Below are positions 18,942 to 27,800 of a stretch of 64,000 nucleotides of DNA, one piece after another. This stretch comes from Clostridia bacterium (GTDB lineage: Bacteria; Bacillota; Clostridia; Oscillospirales; CAG-272): NCBI GenBank assembly GCA_017942005.1, contig JAGAVJ010000021.1, positions 102,676 through 166,675 of the forward strand, in the 5' to 3' direction. Made by a program: the position numbers and the translations under genes. Position 1 is the first letter of the stretch. Every line of letters starts with the position of its first letter. A model generated the notes under the pieces. It had not been told where the DNA came from. It ran no database searches and saw nothing but the letters and a program-made list of their open reading frames with translations.

Positions 18942-19427
18942 TTATTTTTCAGTTTCCGTGACATCGGTGACAAAGCCGTATCCGATGAAAGACGGCGTGC
19001 GGAAGAACACCTGAGCACCAACGGCTACACGCATGTTGCCGACGGTATAAGCGTTATCGGATTGTTTTGCAGTTGCCGTGAACGTGAAGTAGACAGACAC
19101 CATATCGTCATACGTACCGTGAACCAGTGCGTGGGTTTCCTGATTGAATTCATCATACGTAGCAGGGACGATCTGGTAGGAAACCACCTGACCGATGGTG
19201 CCGAGCTTGATGGTATCGACGACGCTTTCACCGGGCGTTGCTTTGATGACGATTTCCTTTGGCAGTTCTTTGACGAGTACGGTATACTCGATTTGTGTTT
19301 CGTTTGATGTACGTCCGGATTTCAATAAAATAAAGCCAGTGCCGACACCGATGATAACAACCGCGAAAATGATTAAGAGAATATCAAAAAAATTCAGACG
19401 CGGCGCTTTTTTGATTTGTTCGTTCAT
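18942..19427 (-). CDS. DUF4330-like membrane-anchored protein
   Basis: LNFFDILLI TM; VAVGAQVFFRTP..G.G C-terminus. Start could be a few codons earlier. Confidence 0.65.
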   Translation of the reverse strand: MNEQIKKAPRLNFFDILLIIFAVVIIGVGTGFILLKSGRTSNETQIEYTVLVKELPKEIVIKATPGESVVDTIKLGTIGQVVSYQIVPATYDEFNQETHALVHGTYDDMVSVYFTFTATAKQSDNAYTVGNMRVAVGAQVFFRTPSFIGYGFVTDVTETEK

Positions 19428-19471
19428 AATTCTGGTCACAACTTTTTTGCTTGAAAAAAGCGATCTCCTTT

Positions 19472-21493
19472 TCAATCAATTTTTGAGGAAGCCTGTTCTG
19501 CCGCTTTCCCTTTACGCACGGGTGCAGTCAAGGTTATGTCTGCATTGTCCGCATCCTGCCGCGATGCCTTTTGCAGGATATCACGGTGGTCTGCTTCTGT
19601 TGTTCTGCATACAGCGGCAAAAAATCCGATTAAAAGCCAGAACATCAAGAATACACGGTAATTATACCAGATGTAATCCGTCATACCCTGTGCAAGCACG
19701 GCGAGAATTCCGCAGAACAAAGCGGCTGGAACAGCACGCTCACGAAGCGGCAGCGGCTTCGCATAAAAGGTGAAGCTGCGTTTGACAAAGATGAGCAGCA
19801 GCACAAGGAATAGAATGAATCCGAAAATTCCGGTTTCTACAAGTATTTGCAGGTACAGATTATGACTGTGCGGTGCGGTTTCGATACCGGACAGCGCATA
19901 TCGCGGATAGACTTCACCAAACGCATCTGCTCCGACGCCGATGCCGCCGATAAAGTGATCCTTCAGCATTGCCGTGACGCCTTCCCAGATGTGAACGCGG
20001 TAAGAGGTTGAGGTGTCGCCGAGGTTTCCGATGGATAAGAACCGATTCATAATGGAAGCCGGCAGGACAAACGGCAGAAACGGAATCGCCAAAATACCGA
20101 AAATTCCGAGCACAAGCACTTTTTTACTGTACATAAGGAAGAACAGCATCATTGCAAGAAGAAGACCGAGCCATGCGCCGCGCGACCATGTAAAAATCAG
20201 ACATGCCCCCAATATCCCGGCGCAGAAAAGGTAGCAGAGCTTTTGTACTGCGGTTTTGGAAATCAAAAATCCGGCGATGGCAAGCGGCAGAATCATGATC
20301 AGATATTCTGCAAGCACATTCGGGTTTTCCAGTGTGGAAACAACACGTCCGGAGATATCGGAAAACATTTCCGTATCCTGCCATGTGGTGTCCGCAACGG
20401 AAAAAAAGTTCTGATAAATGCCGTATAGCGACACAAGTACGGAAGACGAAAGAATTGCCCACAGGCAGCGATGAATCCATTCTGCCGAACAAATCAAATT
20501 CACCACCAGAAAATAACCGCACATAAAGCACAAAAATACCAGAACGGGGAACAGCGATGCTCCCGGTGCGGCGGAAAACAATCCGGCAAACAGCAGTACC
20601 GCCATGAACAACAGTACAGCGAAATCCAGCCATGCGAAATGGATGACGCGCTTTCCGCGCAGATACTTTAAAAAGAAACAAACGAGCAGGTACATCATGA
20701 AGGCAACGAGTACCATAGTTGGAAGAAACGGTGTAAAAAACAGGATGGCGACGACACCGGCTTCCGGTATTTTATAGACAAGGAATGCAGCGCCGATGCC
20801 AAACACTCCGATCACGACAAAAAGCGGAGACAGCGCCGCTGTAAGAAGACCGAGAAGCGCTCCTACCAAAATGGCGGCAATGGTTTTCCCCTGGGTATGC
20901 GGTACTTTACGGAAGTATTCCTCATTGACGCCGCATAGCTTGAAGAGAATAAAGGAAGAGAGCTTGCTTTGACACAGGACATCGGACAGGTGTTGATGAG
21001 ACGCAACAAAACAGATGCCAATGAGCAGGACACTGCCGGAGATCAGGATATCTGCATACGAGGTATCCTTGTTTGTCATATAACGCAATACATAAATGAT
21101 GGAGGAAAAAAAGCTGAAAAACAGGCAGGAAAGACCGTAAGTACCGAGCGACATGCCTGCAAGACGCGCACAGTAGGTACGCAGGCTGGAAAAAATAGCG
21201 CTGTTGTCGAACTGCGCGGCGATTTTAAACCGCATCGGACGCATGACACGTTCCGAAAAGCGCAGCTTTTTGCGCAGACGCGCAAGCAGTCCGGATTCAA
21301 TGGCTTCATTCTCCTGATCATATGAACAGAAAAATGTTCCAATGGCACTCTCACGGACACTGCGGTAGAAAAACTGTGCAATGCTGTAAAAGAAAGGCAG
21401 AATCAAGCTTGCTGAAACATAATCGGAAAACGAACGCTTTGCTTTGGTTTGCCTTGGCGGATGATGATTGGTTTTCAAGGTTTTATCATACAC
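19472..21493 (-). CDS. O-antigen ligase/Wzy-like (IctB-like) membrane protein
   Basis: RVVSTLENPNVLAEYL, TWSRGAW, YRVHIW, HSHNLYLQ. Confidence 0.9.
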   Translation of the reverse strand: MYDKTLKTNHHPPRQTKAKRSFSDYVSASLILPFFYSIAQFFYRSVRESAIGTFFCSYDQENEAIESGLLARLRKKLRFSERVMRPMRFKIAAQFDNSAIFSSLRTYCARLAGMSLGTYGLSCLFFSFFSSIIYVLRYMTNKDTSYADILISGSVLLIGICFVASHQHLSDVLCQSKLSSFILFKLCGVNEEYFRKVPHTQGKTIAAILVGALLGLLTAALSPLFVVIGVFGIGAAFLVYKIPEAGVVAILFFTPFLPTMVLVAFMMYLLVCFFLKYLRGKRVIHFAWLDFAVLLFMAVLLFAGLFSAAPGASLFPVLVFLCFMCGYFLVVNLICSAEWIHRCLWAILSSSVLVSLYGIYQNFFSVADTTWQDTEMFSDISGRVVSTLENPNVLAEYLIMILPLAIAGFLISKTAVQKLCYLFCAGILGACLIFTWSRGAWLGLLLAMMLFFLMYSKKVLVLGIFGILAIPFLPFVLPASIMNRFLSIGNLGDTSTSYRVHIWEGVTAMLKDHFIGGIGVGADAFGEVYPRYALSGIETAPHSHNLYLQILVETGIFGFILFLVLLLIFVKRSFTFYAKPLPLRERAVPAALFCGILAVLAQGMTDYIWYNYRVFLMFWLLIGFFAAVCRTTEADHRDILQKASRQDADNADITLTAPVRKGKAAEQASSKID

Positions 21494-21542
21494 TCCTTTT
21501 TATTTAGTGGAATTATCTGTTTTATCCCGAATTGCAGATGCT

Positions 21543-23102
21543 TTATGAAAAACGCACTTTTAACAGCTTCAAACCGATCAGATAGACGAGAGCGGCAGGC
21601 AGAAAGACAATGACACAGACGATCAGATTGGTGAATCTCCCGCTTGTGACCGCGTCGTTTGATAAAAGCTGTGCAATGCCGTACATGATGCCGCCGGAGA
21701 GCAGCGTCAGGAGGAACAGCTTTGCGGCGCTTGTCCAGAACGATACAGAAAATACGCCGGGAACGGTCCACATCATAACAACTGTCAGAATCAATGCGCA
21801 AATCCAAAGTCCCGCGGTATTTCCAAGTGCTGCACAGCCAACGCCGAGCTTCGCATCGGAAAACGTGACAAGCAGCCATGTGACAAGCACGTTGACGGCA
21901 GCGCCGGAGAGCGAGGCGGTCATTGGAACAGAAACCGACATTTTTGCGTACATCACACGTGTCACAATTTCCGTGATGCAGAATGCCGGCATACCGAGCG
22001 CAAAATACCGCAGCGCCCGGGCGGTTTCCAGTGTATCCGCCGCTGTAAATTCACCGCGCAGATAAATCAGCGCGGTTCCTTCCTCAGAGAGACACAGCAC
22101 AGCAGTCATAATCGGCAGCACAATGGCAAGCGCCGATAAAATTCCCGTGCGTGCCGTGGAGGAAAACGCAGTTTTATCTCCGCTGACATTCATGCGGGAC
22201 AGGCGCGGAAAGGTGAAATTGCAGATGCCGTAGGTCAGAATTCCTGTGATGATATTATTGATGTTGATAGCATACTCAAAAACAGTGACAGCGCCGGAAA
22301 CTGCAATGCGGGATGCAAAATGGGTACCGATGAGCATACCGAGCGGTGCAAGCCATGAGCCGATCATAATCGGCGGCGTCATGCGGATAGCACGGCGGAA
22401 TGCGGGATTTTTGAAATCAAGCAGCAATCGGTATGGAAAGCGCATCCGGATCAGCGGCACAAGCAGTGTCAGAAACTGCAAAAACCAGGAACACAAATAG
22501 GCAATGGCAAGACCGTAAATGCCGTATGAGCCGAGCCGTTCATTCAGGAAAAGAAAATACAGGATAACGCCGAGGTTGGAAATGGCGGAAATCATCGACG
22601 GCAGGAAAAAGTGTTCCTTCGACTGCAAAATACCGACCAACGTATATGCCGCACCTGTGAACAGAATCATCGGGAACATCATACGCAGAAGGGAGATTGC
22701 CAATGCTGTGGCTTCTTTTGGCAGCTCCGGGGTGATGATATGGATAAGCTGCGGCGCGAACACCATGCCCAATACGGAGAGAATACCAGTTAAAAGCAGG
22801 ATAAAATTCAGAAAGATACATGCAAAGGCATCGGCGCTGCGTTCGGCTTCCGCTTTGTCACCGCTTTCACCAAAGCTGTTGTAAACCGGAATAAAGCATC
22901 CTAAAATGGCAGCGGAAAACAGTAAATCAAAGAAGGAGAGGGGAATACGGGATGCTGCAGAAAACGCATTGGCTTCGTATCCTGTGCCGTATGCAGACGC
23001 CATACACATGGAACGCATAAGGCCCAATCCCTTGGACAGCACCATGGCGACGACCATCGAAAGTACGGTGAGAACGGCGTTTTTTTGTTTGATTTGTTTC
23101 AT
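21543..23102 (-). CDS. murJ: Lipid II/polysaccharide flippase MurJ (MviN)
   Basis: SKGLGLMR..A..YG, FIPVY, RGEF...DT motifs; about 14 TMs. Confidence 0.85.
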   Translation of the reverse strand: MKQIKQKNAVLTVLSMVVAMVLSKGLGLMRSMCMASAYGTGYEANAFSAASRIPLSFFDLLFSAAILGCFIPVYNSFGESGDKAEAERSADAFACIFLNFILLLTGILSVLGMVFAPQLIHIITPELPKEATALAISLLRMMFPMILFTGAAYTLVGILQSKEHFFLPSMISAISNLGVILYFLFLNERLGSYGIYGLAIAYLCSWFLQFLTLLVPLIRMRFPYRLLLDFKNPAFRRAIRMTPPIMIGSWLAPLGMLIGTHFASRIAVSGAVTVFEYAININNIITGILTYGICNFTFPRLSRMNVSGDKTAFSSTARTGILSALAIVLPIMTAVLCLSEEGTALIYLRGEFTAADTLETARALRYFALGMPAFCITEIVTRVMYAKMSVSVPMTASLSGAAVNVLVTWLLVTFSDAKLGVGCAALGNTAGLWICALILTVVMMWTVPGVFSVSFWTSAAKLFLLTLLSGGIMYGIAQLLSNDAVTSGRFTNLIVCVIVFLPAALVYLIGLKLLKVRFS

Positions 23103-23890
23103 TTTGTGGATTTCTCCGTTTGGGGGTTGGCAGATGCTGTATCTTTACGAAGTGCGGTTCCATATGTTTCCGAGCGGCGGAACTCATATGCGGGGATCCC
23201 GTTTTCAAGCAGATCCGGTCGTTTTTCCCTGGTGCGTCGGAGCGCTTCTTCATACCGCCAGCGCGCGACTTTTTCATGGTCTCCGGACAATAGGACATCG
23301 GGAATGCGTTTGCCGTGAAATTCCAGCGGTCGTGTGTACTGCGGATGCTCCAGCATCCCGCAGGCAATGCTTTCTTCTTCGTAGCATTCGGGGGAAGCAA
23401 GGACACCGTCGATCATACGGGACACACAGTCCACAACGATGCAGGCAGGAATTTCGCCGCCGGTGAGAACATAGTCTCCGATGGACAGTTCCTCATCTAC
23501 GATCTCATCCAGGACGCGCTGATCGATGCCCTCATAATGTCCGCAGAGAAAAACCAGATTGTCATACTGCAAAAGTTCTTTTGCTTTTTCCTGTGTGAAG
23601 ATTTTTCCCTGCGGTGACATAAAAATAACGCGCCGGCGTATCCCTTTCGTGTCGGACTGTGCGTCTACAATTCCCTTAAAACAATTGTACACAGGCGGCG
23701 CTGCAATCAGCATACCCTTTCCGCCGCCCGCAGGTGCGCCGTCGACGCGGCGCCATTTATCGGCAGACCAGTCGCGGATGTCATGGGTATGAAGGGAGAT
23801 GTGTCCGGCTGCAATGGCTCGTCCGATGATGCTTGTGTGAAGCACACCGTTGACGAGCTCCGGGAACAGCGTCATGATATCAAATCTCAT
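23099..23890 (-). CDS. trmD: tRNA (guanine-N1)-methyltransferase
   Basis: LCGHYEGIDQR, SIGDYVLTGGE, PQYTRP. Confidence 0.97.
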   Translation of the reverse strand: MRFDIMTLFPELVNGVLHTSIIGRAIAAGHISLHTHDIRDWSADKWRRVDGAPAGGGKGMLIAAPPVYNCFKGIVDAQSDTKGIRRRVIFMSPQGKIFTQEKAKELLQYDNLVFLCGHYEGIDQRVLDEIVDEELSIGDYVLTGGEIPACIVVDCVSRMIDGVLASPECYEEESIACGMLEHPQYTRPLEFHGKRIPDVLLSGDHEKVARWRYEEALRRTREKRPDLLENGIPAYEFRRSETYGTALRKDTASANPQTEKSTK

Positions 23891-24447
23891 TCCGCTCCCT
23901 CCGAAGGTGTATTTGCTTTTTCGTCATTCCATACGGCTTCTGTGAACATGCCGGGAATCGGTCGGACATAGATGCCGGTGGGGGGATCAAGCCGGATAAT
24001 AAACGGTTTGACTGCCGGCAGATAAACCGTTCCCTGTTTGGTTTCTACTGCGTAAAGATCATTTGCAGGATTGTCAATCACGTCGGAGAGAACCCCATAG
24101 GTGATGCCGGTATCGGCATCAATGACGGGGGTACCGATTAAATCGGCGATAAAGAAGTCACCGTCTTTTAATGGGATATCATCCCGGTTTGCATACAAAA
24201 TTTGTTCCTTATATTTGGCTGCTTCCTCTGGTGTATCAATTCCTTTGGCACGGAGTAAAAGAAATTTGCCGTGCATACGGGCTTCTTTGACCTGTATAGA
24301 GTGTGTGCCGTTTTCATCAAAGTACAAGGTGTCGATGTGCTTGAAGGTTTGCGGACCGTCACACCACAGCTCCAGCTTCATATCGCCGTGAATCCCGTGG
24401 GTATTGATCACCCGGGCGATTTCCAGATATTGTTTCATCCTATCCAT
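23887..24447 (-). CDS. rimM: Ribosome maturation factor RimM
   Basis: NTHGIHG, FFIADLIG, ANDLY; directly upstream of trmD. Confidence 0.95.
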   Translation of the reverse strand: MDRMKQYLEIARVINTHGIHGDMKLELWCDGPQTFKHIDTLYFDENGTHSIQVKEARMHGKFLLLRAKGIDTPEEAAKYKEQILYANRDDIPLKDGDFFIADLIGTPVIDADTGITYGVLSDVIDNPANDLYAVETKQGTVYLPAVKPFIIRLDPPTGIYVRPIPGMFTEAVWNDEKANTPSEGAE

Positions 24448-24741
24448 TCCATTTCTGTCATTATATATCTTTTATTATATCACAGAGTCACAGATAGTGT
24501 ATGAAATTATTGTGAACTTTGAGAAAAGATAAAATAGGGTTTTGGGACAATCTTTTTTTGAAAAGAAGTTTGTCCTATGAAATTCATCGAACTTACATTA
24601 AAACGTTTAAAAATATTTAAAATATACGACAATTTTCAAAAGATGTAAGATAATTCACACATTGTTCATATATGTATGCTATACTAATCATAACGTATTT
24701 TCCGAGTGTAAGACAATTAAAAGAATTAGGAGAGTATTACA

Positions 24742-25626
24742 ATGAAAAAGTTATCCTTTATCCTTGTACTGACGATGCTTTTCAGCCTTTGCGCTGTTTC
24801 TGTCAGTGCTGCTCCTGCTGTTGATGGAAGAAAAACGATCACAGCATACGCTGCGGATGTTAAGATTGACGGTGTCATTGATTCCTGCTGGCTGGATGCA
24901 GAAACAGCACATGTTGATATCGTAAAGGAAAATGCATCCGCATGGTTTGGCGACACCTCCAAGGTTGCCGGTACCGACTACGCAACGCTCGATGTTAAGG
25001 TCCTTTGGGACGGTGATTCCTCTTTGTACCTTCTGTATATGGTCACTGACCAGTTAATCAGCACCGTAGGTGAGAATCCCTGGGACAGAGACTCCATTGA
25101 GCTGTTTGTACAGTATGACAACACCGATGATGATCCTGCCGCAACAAGATCTCAGATTCGCTGGTTCTCTGACAGCGAAGTAGAAAGCGGCCCTGCTGAA
25201 CTGATTGACTACGCATACGGCGCTTACGCAGGCGGTTTCGTTGTCGAAATCGAATTCGACGTTTCTGCTGTTTCCGACGGCAACTATCTCGGTATCGACT
25301 TCCAGTATAACGACGACGCAGAAGGCAAAGGCGTTCGCAACGTCTGCCTTGGCTGGTCTGACGCTGTTGACGCAGCTTCCTCCGACTCTACCGTTTACGG
25401 TCAGTGCGAGCTTTCTTCTACCAAAATTGAAGAAGTGACCGCTGCACGTGAAGCAGCAGAGAAGGCAGCAGCTGAAGCAGCTGCTGCAGAAGCCGCAGCT
25501 GACAATGTTCCCGCAGCAGATGATGCTCCTGCTACCACTCCTGTTACCGCAGATGCAGGTATTCTTGCACTGTGCGCTATGATGGGTGCAGCTGCCGTTG
25601 TTTGTGTGAAAAACAGAAAACACTAA
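24742..25626 (+). CDS. Secreted CBM9-like sugar-binding protein with C-terminal sorting signal
   Basis: Signal peptide; KIDGVID..W, DSIELF, GIDFQYND; Ala/Glu linker; PVTAD, TM, KNRKH. Confidence 0.7.
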   Translation: MKKLSFILVLTMLFSLCAVSVSAAPAVDGRKTITAYAADVKIDGVIDSCWLDAETAHVDIVKENASAWFGDTSKVAGTDYATLDVKVLWDGDSSLYLLYMVTDQLISTVGENPWDRDSIELFVQYDNTDDDPAATRSQIRWFSDSEVESGPAELIDYAYGAYAGGFVVEIEFDVSAVSDGNYLGIDFQYNDDAEGKGVRNVCLGWSDAVDAASSDSTVYGQCELSSTKIEEVTAAREAAEKAAAEAAAAEAAADNVPAADDAPATTPVTADAGILALCAMMGAAAVVCVKNRKH

Positions 25627-25851
25627 TCAAACAAAGTCCAATCGCATTTTAAGTTTTATACATCAATCATTTTGTATAATGAATCATTCGGAAAACGTAG
25701 GGGAGACTGCTGCACCGAGTTGCAGCAGCTCTTTATTTTTTTCGGTTGTATCAGTGCATGGAGATGCGGCAGCCGGCAGAATGCTTCCATGATGGGGCGA
25801 AACCATTTCTGCTGAAAAAAGAAAATATTTTGACAAAAAATGAAAAAACTC

Positions 25852-25880
25852 TTGACAGAATGCTTTTTTTACGGTATAAT
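25852..25880 (+). promoter_or_regulatory. sigmaA promoter of rpsU
   Basis: TTGACA-N17-TATAAT. Confidence 0.8.
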
Positions 25881-25940
25881 ATTTAATGTGATGCATTGAC
25901 TGTATCATATGCATTGCTATTGCGGGGGGAGGGATTACAG

Positions 25941-26120
25941 ATGGCAGAGGTCAGAGTCAAGGAAAATGAAACATTGGACAGCGCACTGCGCAGATTCAAG
26001 AGACAGTGTGCGAGATCCGGCGTACTCACCGAGCTTCGCAAGAGAGAGCATTATGAGAAGCCCAGCGTTAAGCGCAAAAAGAAGTCCGAAGCGGCAAGAA
26101 AGCGCAAGTACAAAGGCTAA
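25941..26120 (+). CDS. rpsU: 30S ribosomal protein S21
   Basis: [21 protein letters not shown]...[21 protein letters not shown]. Confidence 0.98.
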   Translation: MAEVRVKENETLDSALRRFKRQCARSGVLTELRKREHYEKPSVKRKKKSEAARKRKYKG

Positions 26121-26281
26121 TTTGGTGTATTCTTTCTGAGAGAGTTCATTAAAAAGCGAAAAGACAAAATAGGGAGCTGATCAAGTCAAACAGCTCCTTT
26201 TTGTTTTTCCCTTATATACAAAAAACTGACATCGTTTGAAGAAAATTCCTTGATGTCAGTTTTATTATTTTTTAACGTGAA

Positions 26282-26340
26282 TTTGAGGAGGTGCTTTTTG
26301 AAAAAAGCGCCTCCTCAAACTCCACCGCAAAAACTTTTGA
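26282..26340 (+). repeat. REP-like palindromic repeat, copy 2
   Basis: Near-identical to 7204-7260. Confidence 0.85.
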
Positions 26341-26351
26341 CGAATAAAATA

Positions 26352-27719
26352 TCATGTTGTTTTCCCGCGTTCCAGTTTTCGGAAAAGCCGTATCAGGAAA
26401 ATCACCGCGATCACAGACAGAATGAATTCTGCCGTCAGCTGAGAATAGGCAAGTCCGTACAGTGGGAACAGCGCATTCAGAATGTACAATGCCGGAATTT
26501 CCAATACGATTTTCCGGAGAATTGCAAATATCAGTGCATTGGTACCAAGACCGCATGCCTGGAAAACACCGACCGTGAGAAAGTCCATACATAAGAAGGG
26601 AATACCCAGACAAAGTCCACGCAGAAGGGCAGCGCCGTATGCGACGATATCCGGATTCTTTATAAATGCAGTGGTGAGCGCTTCTGCACCAAAATAATAG
26701 CCTATGGAAACGGCGACCATCAGAGAAAGGGAAATTTTCATCGTGAAGGAAAGCGTCTTTTTCATACGGTCCGAATTGCCGCTTGCGTAATTATAGCTGA
26801 TCAAAGGCATAATGCCCTGACCAAGCCCCATGGAAATCTGCATTGGCACCATGTTGATTTTCTGAGCGATTCCCATTGCGGCGACGGCGTTTGGTCCAAA
26901 GGAGGCGGTCATGTTGTTGAGTACCGTCATACCGGTCACATTCAGAAGGTTCTGGATGGCAGCCGGTATGCCGACTGCAAAAATATTGCCTGCGATCTCT
27001 TTTTGAAAGCCAAATTTTTTTGGATGAATGCAGACATAGGTACTTTTGCGTTTGATGAACAGGAATCCAAAGAAATAAAGACAGGCGACACAGTTGGAAA
27101 TGAAGGTGGCAAGACCGGCACCAGCCGCTTTCAGATTCAAGCCCCATGGAAGAATGAAGATGGGATCAAGAATGATGTTCAGAAGACATCCGCTCATCGT
27201 ACCAATGCTGGCGTGAAGCGAGGACCCCTCTGACCGTACCATGTATGCCATAACGACATTTAATATGGAAGGTACGGCGCCGCAGGTGACGGTCCATTTT
27301 AAGTATTCTGATGTTGCATGCACAGTTGTGCTGTCCGCACCGAGAAGGGCAAGAAGCGGCGTGCGGAATACAGTGTATATAACGGAAAATAAAATACCGC
27401 AGAAAAGAGACAGGTAAAAGCCAAACGCAGAGCTGCGGTATACGGTCTCGTAATCTTTTTTTCCAAGACTGCGGCTCATCATACTGGACGAACCAACGCC
27501 GAACAGATTATTGACGGCGTTGAATGCCAAAAGTACCGGAGAGGCAAGTGTTACGGCGGAATTTTCGATTGCATCGCTGAGCATTCCGACAAAATAGGTA
27601 TCCGCAAGACTGTAAATCACCATGACAAGGGAACTGATCACAGTCGGAATTCCAAGGATCATTACAGCCCGTGGAATTGCGGTTTTTTCAAAAAGCTGTA
27701 TTTTTTGTGTTTGTTCCAT
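26352..27719 (-). CDS. MATE-family efflux transporter
   Basis: IYSLADTYFVG, LNIILDPIFI, GAGLAT, SYNYASGN. Confidence 0.93.
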   Translation of the reverse strand: MEQTQKIQLFEKTAIPRAVMILGIPTVISSLVMVIYSLADTYFVGMLSDAIENSAVTLASPVLLAFNAVNNLFGVGSSSMMSRSLGKKDYETVYRSSAFGFYLSLFCGILFSVIYTVFRTPLLALLGADSTTVHATSEYLKWTVTCGAVPSILNVVMAYMVRSEGSSLHASIGTMSGCLLNIILDPIFILPWGLNLKAAGAGLATFISNCVACLYFFGFLFIKRKSTYVCIHPKKFGFQKEIAGNIFAVGIPAAIQNLLNVTGMTVLNNMTASFGPNAVAAMGIAQKINMVPMQISMGLGQGIMPLISYNYASGNSDRMKKTLSFTMKISLSLMVAVSIGYYFGAEALTTAFIKNPDIVAYGAALLRGLCLGIPFLCMDFLTVGVFQACGLGTNALIFAILRKIVLEIPALYILNALFPLYGLAYSQLTAEFILSVIAVIFLIRLFRKLERGKTT

Positions 27720-27800
27720 GCTTTCTTTTTAATTCGTTTAACAATACGTTTTTTATTATCTGACAATTGCAGCGTTTTCTTTTATTCAACAGGCGATCCT

